From NCBI GenBank assembly GCA_031962025.1, contig JAVRKW010000010.1: 59,010 nucleotides of DNA. One strand, 5' to 3'. Below the pieces are notes generated by a model, which saw only the letters and a program-made list of their open reading frames with translations, made no database searches and was not told the DNA's origin. Shown in pieces: positions 38,572 through 48,093 of this stretch (position 1 is its first letter; each line of letters begins with the position of its first letter). The position numbers and the translations under genes are program-made. This DNA is from Pseudothermotoga sp. (GTDB lineage Bacteria; Thermotogota; Thermotogae; Thermotogales; DSM-5069).

Positions 38572-41500
38572 TGAGAAAAACGATCCTGTTTCTATCCATA
38601 CTATTTTTGGTAGTTTCCTGCGCGATGCTGGATAAAGTTCCACCTGTTCTTGAAGCATCTATCTATAAAATCACTGATATAGCCGGTGAAAACATCGTCT
38701 TGAATATCTCTGCCACAGATCAGAGCGGCATAGACAGAATAGAAATTTACGCGAATGATAAACTCATATTCAAAACAACCCAGACAGGGCAGATATCTTT
38801 TCCAGCTCCTTATGGTTCATTCACACTGAAAGTCGTTGCATACGACAGGGCAGGTAATCCTACAAGTAAAATAATCGGTTCATTCAAAACCAAGGACCTC
38901 ATTAAACCAAAGGTGTCAGTCGACTACACACCAAAAGGCGCTATGCCAGGAGAAATTGTCACAGTCACAGTCTCAGCCCAGGACGATGAAAGTGGTATCA
39001 GGGTTGCTGGACTGAAAATTAACAAAAAAGAGGTCCAGCTCACCAACAACAGATACTCTTTTCAGGCTCAAGCCGGTACCTACGAACTTGAAGCCTATGC
39101 AATCGACAACGAGGGAAATGAAAACTACGACAAAAAACAACTCAACGTTTCAGTCCCAGCAGATACAGCCGGTCCATCCATAGACTTTCCAGATCTTGTC
39201 AGAAAAGTCAAACCTGGGACAAACGTGAATATAACAATCTCTGCAACCGATGAAAGCGGTGTTTCAAAGATCATCTTCAACGATGGTAAAGAGACAGTTT
39301 ATGTGCCAACCATGCCCGCAACACAGCTTTTGTGGAACGTGACAAGAAATGTCGGAACAGAGAATCCATACAGTTTCACAGTCACAGCCTATGATTCAAA
39401 AAACAACTACACGATAAAAACCGGTGCAATTGAAATTGGGATAAACCTGCCGCCTTCTGTAACGATAGAAGTCGACAAACCCACACCAAAGGAAAAGGAG
39501 AAGGTCAAAATATCAATCGACGCGACAGATGATTCGAGGGTGATACAGGTTGTTCTTTACATAGACAATGTAGCCGTCAGGACATTCACGCAGGAACCTT
39601 ATGTGTACGAATGGACAGCGGTAAAAGGCATTCACAAAATAAAGGCTGTTGCAACAGACGATTCAAAAGAATCAACTGAAGCCTACTACACGATCAACGT
39701 TGGAGTAGTAGATACCGAAGCACCCACAGTATTTTTCACACCACCTTACGGTGTACCGGTGAACGAAGCATATACGTTCTATGCCTTTGTAACAGACAAC
39801 GTTCAGGTAAGCCAAGTCAGTTTCATTTTCACAGGACCCGAGCAGAAAGGTCCTATTGTTGCCTCAACAATGGGAGGCGGTGTTTTCACGATCACCGAAA
39901 CCTTTACAAAGAAGGGGACTTACCAGGTGACGGTCATTGCAACAGACAGTTCTGGCAACAGTTCTTCGCAAAATGGTCAGTTCCCGGTTGACGAAGCTTA
40001 CATAGTGAAAGCCCCAAAAATAGATCAGTTTTCATATTCACCTTCGGTACTAAGTCAGGGAGAAAGAGTCCACTTCAAAGTTGTCGCACAGGATGATCAG
40101 AGCCTGAGTAGGTGTGATTTTTATGTAAACAACATAAAAAGAGATTCTATAAACCCATCGGTCAACATTTTTGAATGGAACTGGGTTGCCACAACCCTTG
40201 GCGTTCACGATATAAAAGTCGTCGTTGTGGATTTTGAAGGCTTCACAGCACAGGCAACCGGTACTGTAACTGTGACCACTGAAAGACCTGTCGCAAAGAT
40301 TTTGCAGCCTCAGAATGGTTTTAGAACACCTTTTGCCCAGAATATGAGTCTTTCCTTAAATGCGCAGGTGGTCGATACAAACAAACCTTTGACCGCTTAC
40401 TTTGATATAAAAGGACCTGTAGATGAAAAAATACCGGTTAACGCCACAGGAGATGGACCAGTTTACACATTCAGCGCGCAGTGGAAAGTTCAAACATACG
40501 GTGAGTATCAGATAGATTTTTATTACAAAAACGATATAAACTTATCCGATGCGACCTCTGTTTCTGTGAACATACTTGATCTTGGAATCGTATTTGAACA
40601 ACCCTTACCCGGTCAAATACATCAGTGCGGACATGATTTGATCTTGCGAGTAAAAGCAAGTGTATATCTGACCGAAGATGAAAAGTTTGAAATCTCCTAC
40701 GCAAATAGATCAGAAAAAATTCTAACACCATCGCCTGTTGCTACAACTTCGACTTACAACATATATGAAGCAACTGTTTCTTCAACGTTTTTCACAGAAC
40801 CAGGGTCCTATTCGATAACCTTCAGTGGCAAAACCACATCAGGCGAAGAAGGTAGTGCAAAAACAATCATCAACGTCATCGACAGCGAGCCACCAGTTAT
40901 AACTCAGGCAAAAATCAATTCAAGTGATATATTAGATGGCGGTATTTACAACGTGTCAATGTCCAGTACTCCCGCGGTGAATGTTACAGCAACAGATAAC
41001 AGAAAGATAGCCAGTATACGGCTTCAAAAGAAAATAAGCGGTGCATATACAAACATAGCAGTTTCAAGTAGCAACATACTCACTTACAATATACAGAACT
41101 TAGATCCATTTGAAAATTACTTCAAAATCGTTGTAACAGACCTCGACAGCAATCAGACCTCATTAGGATTTGTAATTTACGCTTTTGAAAAGAATCAACC
41201 ACAGGAAAGTGGTTTTAGGACCATGCAGCTTTATCCAAAGGCTGATGTCTATGATATGAATGTACCGGTTCAGGTTCAGATAAGAGGAAGCCTGAACAAC
41301 AACACTCAGTTCAAAGTCACAGATGACACGGGTATAAAAGAAGTCAGAGTAAGGATCGTGGACAGCCAGACAAATGGAAGCCTTTACAGTGAAACAGTTA
41401 AAAAACTATACGAATATTCCACCGGAAATATACCCAAAGAACTTTACATAAACAATCAGGATGTTCCGACGTATACACCTTCACAGGTCGGCACCTTCCT

Positions 41501-43358
41501 GGTAAATCTGGAAGCTGTAGATGTGTTTGATAATACACGCATTATAGCGCAACAGAACATGGTTGTTGAAGATCTCACACCACCAATCGTGAGCATTGAT
41601 ATACCGCAGGGCAAATACTATGGAACAAACAGCAAAAACCAGAAAATACTCAGAACCGTCACCGATGTAAAGGTCAGTTTCTTGGACAACACAGAACCCA
41701 TAGACAAAGTTGAACTGTGGATCACAGACGCTTCTGGCTTAAAGCAAGAAATCGGCAAAAAATCAGACCTTGCAACCAGTAGCTGGACCTTTGAAAACAT
41801 ATCACTGACAACTTATTCAGATGGCATTGCCATATTGAGTGCTAAAGCTACCACGGTCTCTGGTGCAACCGGTGAAGGAGAAATTTCAGTGGTGATAGAC
41901 AACAAAACATCACCAGTTGTCACTATACAACTGCCATCTGCCCCGACATATTCAGGAAAACAGATTTACAGAGGTTCTGTTGATGTCACAGCCCAGATAA
42001 CAAACACAGATCCTTATGATGTACAGAAAGTGGAACTTTACGTCGATGGTGTGAAAAAAGGTGAAACCACAGCACCTATTCAGGAAAATGATGAATCGAA
42101 GTTCAAATTATCACTGGAAACATCAAGATACAGCGATGGAGAACACACTGTTGCCTTGAAAGTTTACGATCAGGCTGAGAACAGCTCTGAGCTGACAGAT
42201 AGCAGATGTTTTGCAAATGTGATATTCGACAACAGCGTACCCGTTTTACTAACCGACAGTGGAAGGATTTACACAAACAAATCCACTGCAACCTTGAAAA
42301 TAGATGAAAGTTATGGAATATCAGAAGCCATTTTGAAATATCAAGACATCGCTATATACATACCAACAGATACTCTGTCTTTCTCACACAAACTTTCAGA
42401 GAACTCATCCAGAGAATTTTCTCTGTACATAAAAGATACCGCAGGCAATATCGCAAATTACTCAGCAACTTTGTATTACGACACACAAAAGCCTGTGGTA
42501 ACAGCACAAAGCCCAACTAATATGGCTTCAGAAACTGGTTTAACATTCACACTGAGCTTTTCTGACAATCTCACAAGTGTCTCTACGCTGAATATCTACC
42601 AAGACGGTTCACTCATAAAATCCCGCAATTTGTCCTGGAATCAAACCAGTGATACATGGGCGTACAATCCACCGGTAAATTATGAAGAAAACATAACCAT
42701 CGAATTTGAAATCTATGACAGAGCTGGAAATCTCAGTGATCGTGAACAAAAACAATTAACTGTCGATACATACCCACCAAGAATAGATTCATTCACATGT
42801 GATGCTACCAATGAGAATGGAGACTACTATACCAACTCTGGATCGGTCAATGTTCACTGGTCGGTCACAGACAATTACTTCTCAAAGGTCGTTCTGCAAA
42901 AAGGTTCAACAATACTGATTTTTGATGGGCCACAAACAGGCAATCACATTGTGGGACTGGATAATGGTTTGAACATTATAACACTTTCCGCATACGATCA
43001 GGTAGGTCACAAAACAGAGAAAACGATCAAAATCATCTTTGACAACCAAATTCCACAGATAAGCAATGTCAAAATTGCAAATACCAATGTGTCAGAAAAC
43101 GCTACCATAACAACAGAAACTGGTAACAAATCTCTGAGCTTTTCGGTGTATGAACCGTATATCGATTGGGAAAACTCTTCAATCCATGTCAATGGCAATA
43201 AAGCTTCTTCTGGCATTGATTGGAACAAAACCGGTACAGGTCCAGACTACAATGTTTCAACCTCGGTGAACATACCCGGCGATTCGACAATCGAAATCAT
43301 TCTGAAAGACTTTGCAGGTAACGAAAGAAGATTCACCTTTTATGTTCAGGTTCAATAG
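38568..43358 (+). CDS. Very large lipoprotein with many bacterial Ig-like repeats
   Basis: Lipobox VVSC; recurring D..PP.V, A.D.SG..., A.D.AGN motifs over 1596 aa. Confidence 0.85.
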   Translation: MMRKTILFLSILFLVVSCAMLDKVPPVLEASIYKITDIAGENIVLNISATDQSGIDRIEIYANDKLIFKTTQTGQISFPAPYGSFTLKVVAYDRAGNPTSKIIGSFKTKDLIKPKVSVDYTPKGAMPGEIVTVTVSAQDDESGIRVAGLKINKKEVQLTNNRYSFQAQAGTYELEAYAIDNEGNENYDKKQLNVSVPADTAGPSIDFPDLVRKVKPGTNVNITISATDESGVSKIIFNDGKETVYVPTMPATQLLWNVTRNVGTENPYSFTVTAYDSKNNYTIKTGAIEIGINLPPSVTIEVDKPTPKEKEKVKISIDATDDSRVIQVVLYIDNVAVRTFTQEPYVYEWTAVKGIHKIKAVATDDSKESTEAYYTINVGVVDTEAPTVFFTPPYGVPVNEAYTFYAFVTDNVQVSQVSFIFTGPEQKGPIVASTMGGGVFTITETFTKKGTYQVTVIATDSSGNSSSQNGQFPVDEAYIVKAPKIDQFSYSPSVLSQGERVHFKVVAQDDQSLSRCDFYVNNIKRDSINPSVNIFEWNWVATTLGVHDIKVVVVDFEGFTAQATGTVTVTTERPVAKILQPQNGFRTPFAQNMSLSLNAQVVDTNKPLTAYFDIKGPVDEKIPVNATGDGPVYTFSAQWKVQTYGEYQIDFYYKNDINLSDATSVSVNILDLGIVFEQPLPGQIHQCGHDLILRVKASVYLTEDEKFEISYANRSEKILTPSPVATTSTYNIYEATVSSTFFTEPGSYSITFSGKTTSGEEGSAKTIINVIDSEPPVITQAKINSSDILDGGIYNVSMSSTPAVNVTATDNRKIASIRLQKKISGAYTNIAVSSSNILTYNIQNLDPFENYFKIVVTDLDSNQTSLGFVIYAFEKNQPQESGFRTMQLYPKADVYDMNVPVQVQIRGSLNNNTQFKVTDDTGIKEVRVRIVDSQTNGSLYSETVKKLYEYSTGNIPKELYINNQDVPTYTPSQVGTFLVNLEAVDVFDNTRIIAQQNMVVEDLTPPIVSIDIPQGKYYGTNSKNQKILRTVTDVKVSFLDNTEPIDKVELWITDASGLKQEIGKKSDLATSSWTFENISLTTYSDGIAILSAKATTVSGATGEGEISVVIDNKTSPVVTIQLPSAPTYSGKQIYRGSVDVTAQITNTDPYDVQKVELYVDGVKKGETTAPIQENDESKFKLSLETSRYSDGEHTVALKVYDQAENSSELTDSRCFANVIFDNSVPVLLTDSGRIYTNKSTATLKIDESYGISEAILKYQDIAIYIPTDTLSFSHKLSENSSREFSLYIKDTAGNIANYSATLYYDTQKPVVTAQSPTNMASETGLTFTLSFSDNLTSVSTLNIYQDGSLIKSRNLSWNQTSDTWAYNPPVNYEENITIEFEIYDRAGNLSDREQKQLTVDTYPPRIDSFTCDATNENGDYYTNSGSVNVHWSVTDNYFSKVVLQKGSTILIFDGPQTGNHIVGLDNGLNIITLSAYDQVGHKTEKTIKIIFDNQIPQISNVKIANTNVSENATITTETGNKSLSFSVYEPYIDWENSSIHVNGNKASSGIDWNKTGTGPDYNVSTSVNIPGDSTIEIILKDFAGNERRFTFYVQVQ

Positions 43359-43373
43359 AAAAAACTCAAACAC

Positions 43374-43401
43374 GGGGGGCAGGTTTGTGCCCCCTTTTTT
43401 C
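43374..43401 (+). terminator. Rho-independent terminator
   Basis: GGGGGCA-ggtttg-TGCCCCC-TTTTTTT. Confidence 0.8.
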
Positions 43402-43482
43402 TTAACAAAAATTCAACTGAACAGAACACTGTTGAAATGATTTTTATTCCTGTACAGCGTGATAATTGACTTGACAAAAACC

Positions 43483-44493
43483 ATGGAGGTGGTTTTTACG
43501 AAGGTGGGGTTAGCCTATAATTTACCAAGAGGAACCAGACCGGATGTTGAAGATTGGGAAGCAGAGTACGACAGTATGGAAGTTGTCATGGACATCAAAA
43601 GATCTATCGAAAGTGGAGGGCACGAGGTTGTTTTGATGGAAGCTGTGCCCGAAAAATTTATTCCTGCCCTTACATCTGAGAAGATCGACATCGTCTACAA
43701 TTTCGCAGAAGGCACTTACAGCAGAGCCAGAGAGGCACAGGTTCCAGCTATTCTTTCTTTCTACAACATCCCCTACACATGTTCAGACGCAACAACTCTT
43801 GCAGTCTGTCTTGACAAAGCACTCACAAAACAGATACTTTTAACCAAGGATGTCAAAACCCCACGTTTTCAGGTGATCAGATCACCGCAGGAAAAGCTGA
43901 GAAAGAACATGAGATTTCCACTCATTTTAAAGCTGAACGCCGAAGGTTCTTCAAAGGGTATCTCTGAAACAGGGCTTGTACACGATTACGAAGAATACAA
44001 AAAAGAGATCGACAGGCTGTTTTCCGTTTACAACGAACCAGTTCTGGTGGAAGAGTTCATTCGCGGAAGAGAATTCACCATAGGTGTTCTGCAACAGGGC
44101 AATAAATACCACGTGTTACCGATAATGGAGATTCACTTCAAGCACGGAAAAGAATTCTACAGCTACAAAGTCAAGAAAAATTCAGATTACTACGTAGATT
44201 ACACCTGCCCGGCAAAGATCGATCCTGTGCTGGAAAGAAAGTTGAAAAACATGGCGGTGAAGATCTGCAAAACCTTAGAGATAAAAGACGTGGCAAGGAT
44301 GGATCTGAGAGTTTCTCAGGAAGATAACAACCCTTATTTCTTGGAGATCAACCCGCTCCCGGGTATGGCAAGAGGATTTTCTGACCTGCCGAGAATAGCT
44401 GAAATTGCCGGATTTTCATACGAAGATCTGGTGCTTCATATCCTCAACAATGCCATACAGAGAAATGCCCTGGTTCAGCATGCCCTTGTTTAG
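43483..44493 (+). CDS. ATP-grasp ligase, D-Ala-D-Ala ligase-like paralog
   Basis: N.AEG..REAQVP, IPYT.S, LDK.LTK, EGSSKGI, EEFI.GREFT, R.D.R, LEINPLPG; lacks the canonical Ddl GGxS.EH N-terminus. Confidence 0.88.
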   Translation: MEVVFTKVGLAYNLPRGTRPDVEDWEAEYDSMEVVMDIKRSIESGGHEVVLMEAVPEKFIPALTSEKIDIVYNFAEGTYSRAREAQVPAILSFYNIPYTCSDATTLAVCLDKALTKQILLTKDVKTPRFQVIRSPQEKLRKNMRFPLILKLNAEGSSKGISETGLVHDYEEYKKEIDRLFSVYNEPVLVEEFIRGREFTIGVLQQGNKYHVLPIMEIHFKHGKEFYSYKVKKNSDYYVDYTCPAKIDPVLERKLKNMAVKICKTLEIKDVARMDLRVSQEDNNPYFLEINPLPGMARGFSDLPRIAEIAGFSYEDLVLHILNNAIQRNALVQHALV

Positions 44494-44506
44494 CCGGGGG
44501 TGATAT

Positions 44507-44881
44507 ATGGTGAATCCCATGGACTTTAAGAAAATCGCAATTATTGGTGCAAGTGAAAATGAACAGAAATACGGCAATAAAATCGTGAAAGACCTTCTCA
44601 GTAAAGGATTTGAGGTCTTTCCCGTGAATCCAAAGGGTATTGTGATTGAAAACATCAAATGCTTCAAAACCATTGAAGAACTACCAAGGGATGTCGAGCT
44701 TCTTGTTTTCGTCATTCCTCCGGAAAAAGGTCTGCAGGAAGTGCAAAAAGCCGTATCCATTGGCTATAAAAGATTCTGGTTTCAGCCCGGTGCAGGTTCA
44801 AAACAGATCGAAAATTTTCTGAAAAACACCGATTCAGAATATTCCATAGGAAAGTGCATAATGATAGAGACAAGTTTTTAA
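44507..44881 (+). CDS. CoA-binding protein (YccU-like)
   Basis: IAIIGAS, PVNP, WFQPG, CI. Confidence 0.9.
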   Translation: MVNPMDFKKIAIIGASENEQKYGNKIVKDLLSKGFEVFPVNPKGIVIENIKCFKTIEELPRDVELLVFVIPPEKGLQEVQKAVSIGYKRFWFQPGAGSKQIENFLKNTDSEYSIGKCIMIETSF

Positions 44882-44903
44882 CCCCGCCAAAAGCGGGGTT
44901 AAA
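44877..44903 (+). terminator. Terminator hairpin
   Basis: TTTAACCCCGC-caaaa-GCGGGGTTAAA. Confidence 0.8.
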
Positions 44904-44980
44904 TTTCACCTGAAAAATGGTTCTCAAAACGAACAACAGTGCAAAATAAGAAGAAAGAAGTAAAAATCAACTAATATCCG

Positions 44981-45296
44981 TTTATTTTGCTTGAATTAAG
45001 ACAAATAGAAAAAAGAACAGGAAAAAACAGAGAAGATCGAGAAAAAAGATCTTTTGTACATAATCATTGTAATTGCCTTATCCTTTGTCTGGGTGTATCT
45101 AATGGATTGGGTTTTTGGTTTCACAGTGGGTAGCATAATTTTTATGACCATCATATCAATCATAGTTGGTGGAAAAAATCTGAAATTCAGGCAAATGCTT
45201 GGCAACATGGTGGCTTTCGCTCTAATAGCGATCGCATTCTGGTATTTACTCGCAAAGTTGCTGGTTGTACCACTTCCAAGAGGCTTACTATTCTAA
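44981..45296 (+). pseudogene. C-terminal remnant of a TctB-type tripartite tricarboxylate transporter small subunit
   Basis: Charged loop, three TM helices, GF motif and terminal L.VPLP.G; in-frame stop at 45006, no SD or N-terminal half. Confidence 0.6.
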
Positions 45297-45314
45297 AAAT
45301 CAGGAGGTATTCTC

Positions 45315-46643
45315 ATGTATGAAAAAGACATTGAAAAACTTTTGAAGAAAGCTCAAAAGCCTTCTCAGGACGCAATGGAACTTCATCCATTTTACAAGGG
45401 AAAAATTCAAATCGCTCCAAAAGTACCTGTTCGAACATACGATGATTTTGCCATCTGGTACACACCGGGTGTTGCAAGAGTATGTCAGGAGATCGCAAAA
45501 GACAGGGAGAAAGTGTATGAATACACGAACAAAGAAAACACAATCGCCATCATAAGCGATGGAACGAGAATCCTTGGGCTTGGAGACATAGGACCAGAAG
45601 CGGGACTTCCCGTGATGGAAGGAAAGGCATTGCTGTTCAAATACCTCGGTGGAGTAGATGCAATACCTCTGTGCATCGGAACAACAAAGGTAGAAGAAAC
45701 GGTACAATTCTGCAAATGGATTTCACCGTCAATCGCCGGAATAAATCTGGAAGATGTTGAAAAACCAAAGTGCTTTGAATTGCTCAAAAGGCTTCAAGAA
45801 GAACTATCCATACCCGTTTTTCACGATGATCAACAAGGTACTGCAACCATAACACTCGCCGGTTTGATAAACGCCCTTCGCATAGTGGGGAAAAAAATCG
45901 ATCAAATTAGAATAACACTTATAGGTGCAGGAAGTGCCAACTACGCATTTTTGAGACTTCTTGAAAAAGTCAATGTTGATCTTGGAAATGTCGTTGTCTG
46001 TGATTCAAAAGGCATACTCACAAAACAGAGAGCCGAAACTTTAGATGAAATAAGCAAACAGATGTGGATCAAAACCAACGCAGACAATATCTCTGGTGGT
46101 ATAGAGCAGGCTCTAAAAGGTGCAGATGTATGCATAGCTTACTCAAAAAGTGGACCCGGTGTGATAAAACCAGAGTGGATAAAGGCAATGAACAAAGATG
46201 CAATAGTCTTTGCCGGAGCCAACCCTGTTCCAGAGATATGGCCATGGGAGGCAAAACAGGCAGGTGCAAGAATAGTCGCAACTGGTAGAAGCGATTTTCC
46301 AAATCAGGTCAATAACTCCCTTGGATTTCCCGCCATCTTCAGAGGGGTGCTGGACGTCAGGGCAAAGAAAGTGACAGATGAGATGTGCGTCGCTGCCGCT
46401 CAGGCAATAGCAGACTTCGCTTACAAAAAAGGCATAAACGAAGAATACATAGTCCCGACGATGGAAGAAGACCAGGTCTACGTCGAAGAAGCAATTGCTG
46501 TTGCCAAAAAAGCCATCGAACAGGGTGTTGCACAAAAATCTTTGAGCGATGAAGAGCTTAGAAAGAAAATTGAAGAAAGAATAAAAGCTGGAAGAATTAT
46601 GGAAAGAGTCCTTGTGAATGCCAACATCATTAAACTTCCATAG
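45315..46643 (+). CDS. NAD(P)-dependent malic enzyme
   Basis: YTPGVA, DGTRILGLGDIG, PVMEGKA.LFK, NLED, FHDDQQGT, ANP.PEI, TGRSDFPNQVNN. Confidence 0.95.
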   Translation: MYEKDIEKLLKKAQKPSQDAMELHPFYKGKIQIAPKVPVRTYDDFAIWYTPGVARVCQEIAKDREKVYEYTNKENTIAIISDGTRILGLGDIGPEAGLPVMEGKALLFKYLGGVDAIPLCIGTTKVEETVQFCKWISPSIAGINLEDVEKPKCFELLKRLQEELSIPVFHDDQQGTATITLAGLINALRIVGKKIDQIRITLIGAGSANYAFLRLLEKVNVDLGNVVVCDSKGILTKQRAETLDEISKQMWIKTNADNISGGIEQALKGADVCIAYSKSGPGVIKPEWIKAMNKDAIVFAGANPVPEIWPWEAKQAGARIVATGRSDFPNQVNNSLGFPAIFRGVLDVRAKKVTDEMCVAAAQAIADFAYKKGINEEYIVPTMEEDQVYVEEAIAVAKKAIEQGVAQKSLSDEELRKKIEERIKAGRIMERVLVNANIIKLP

Positions 46644-46654
46644 GAGGCTTTCTT

Positions 46655-46942
46655 ATGGATGCCATAGTTTTCAGCAAAAAAGACAATGTGGCAACTGCCT
46701 TGAGAAATCTTTCAAAAGGTGAGGAAGTTCAGGTGAGCTTTGAAAATACAACACTCAAAGTAAAGTTGAACCACGACATACCCTTTGGACACAAATTTGC
46801 CATCAAAGACATCGATAAAGAATCGCAGGTTTTTAAATACGGCGAACCAATAGGCATAGCTACAGAGGATATAAAAATCGGTGATTATGTTCATGTACAC
46901 AACGTATCAGGTAAGCGCGGCGTGAGGAGGTATAACCCGTGA
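46655..46942 (+). CDS. UxaA-family dehydratase/lyase small (SAF) subunit
   Basis: DNVATA, IPFGHKFA, KYGEPIG.A...I..G.YVHVHN. Confidence 0.9.
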   Translation: MDAIVFSKKDNVATALRNLSKGEEVQVSFENTTLKVKLNHDIPFGHKFAIKDIDKESQVFKYGEPIGIATEDIKIGDYVHVHNVSGKRGVRRYNP

Positions 46943-48093
46943 AACTCTATGGATATAAAAGGAGCAATAACCGTGTTGGGTTTAGAAACCACTTTTTGGT
47001 CGTGCCCACGGTAATCTGTGCAACAAGAACAGCTCAACAGATTGTGGACCAAGTTGATGGTGCCGTACTTGTGGATAACCAGCACGGTTGCAACCACATG
47101 AAACAGGATCACGAAAAGGTTTTCGATGTGCTATCCGGCATGGCTTCAAACCCAAATGTCGCCGGTGTTCTCTTCATCGGCTTGGGATGCGAGACAATTC
47201 CAACAAAACAGATTGCCGAGCAGGTTAAAAAGACAAACAAACCCGTTCAGTGTCTGATCATCCAGGAAGAAGGTGGAACACTCCAGACTGCGCAGAAAGG
47301 GATTAAACTCCTTCAGGAAATGATGAGAGAGTTCAACGCAGAAAGAACTGAAGTTGATTTTTCTGATCTCATCGTTGCAATAGAGTGCGGCGGCTCAGAT
47401 ACCACTTCTGGCATAGCTTCAAATCCGGTTGTCGGATACGTCGCAGACAGGATAATAGACCTTGGCGGAACGGTGGTGTTTTCTGAGACCACCGAGATCA
47501 TAGGTGCAGAACATCTTCTGGCAAAAAGAGCGGTGAATGAAAAAGTCGCAGAAGAACTCTTAAAACTGGTCGACAGATGTGAAAAAAGCGCTCTTTTAGG
47601 AGGAGAAGACATAAGAGGTGTGAATCCAACGCCGGGTAACATACAGGGTGGTATCACAACATTGGAAGAAAAATCACTCGGTGCGATATACAAAGCAGGT
47701 ACAAGACCAATACAAGATGTCCTGAATTATGCAAAACCCATTAATAAAAAAGGCTTGTTGTTCATGGACAGCCCGGGTCACGATGTTGAATCGGTCACAG
47801 GTATGGTCTCAGGTGGCGCACAGGTGGTGATCTTCACAACAGGTAGGGGTACTCCAACAGGCTGTCCGATAGCGCCCGTTATAAAAGTCTGTGCAAATTC
47901 AAAAACATCTCAAAAGATGCAGGACAATATAGACATCGATGTCAGCACAGTGATCGACGGCAAAGAAACCATAAAAGAAGCGGCAGAAAGACTTTTCAAA
48001 GAACTTGTCGAGGTACTCAACGGTAAAAAGACAAAAACAGAGATTCTAAAACACCACGAGTTTGCAATATATCTAACCCAACCAACTCTGTGA
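46939..48093 (+). CDS. UxaA-family dehydratase/lyase large subunit (altronate dehydratase / SuyB-like)
   Basis: G.RN, HGC, NPNV, LGCE, ECGGSD.TSG...NP, SETTE, PGN..GG.TT.EEKSLG, FTTGRG. Confidence 0.9.
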   Translation: MKLYGYKRSNNRVGFRNHFLVVPTVICATRTAQQIVDQVDGAVLVDNQHGCNHMKQDHEKVFDVLSGMASNPNVAGVLFIGLGCETIPTKQIAEQVKKTNKPVQCLIIQEEGGTLQTAQKGIKLLQEMMREFNAERTEVDFSDLIVAIECGGSDTTSGIASNPVVGYVADRIIDLGGTVVFSETTEIIGAEHLLAKRAVNEKVAEELLKLVDRCEKSALLGGEDIRGVNPTPGNIQGGITTLEEKSLGAIYKAGTRPIQDVLNYAKPINKKGLLFMDSPGHDVESVTGMVSGGAQVVIFTTGRGTPTGCPIAPVIKVCANSKTSQKMQDNIDIDVSTVIDGKETIKEAAERLFKELVEVLNGKKTKTEILKHHEFAIYLTQPTL

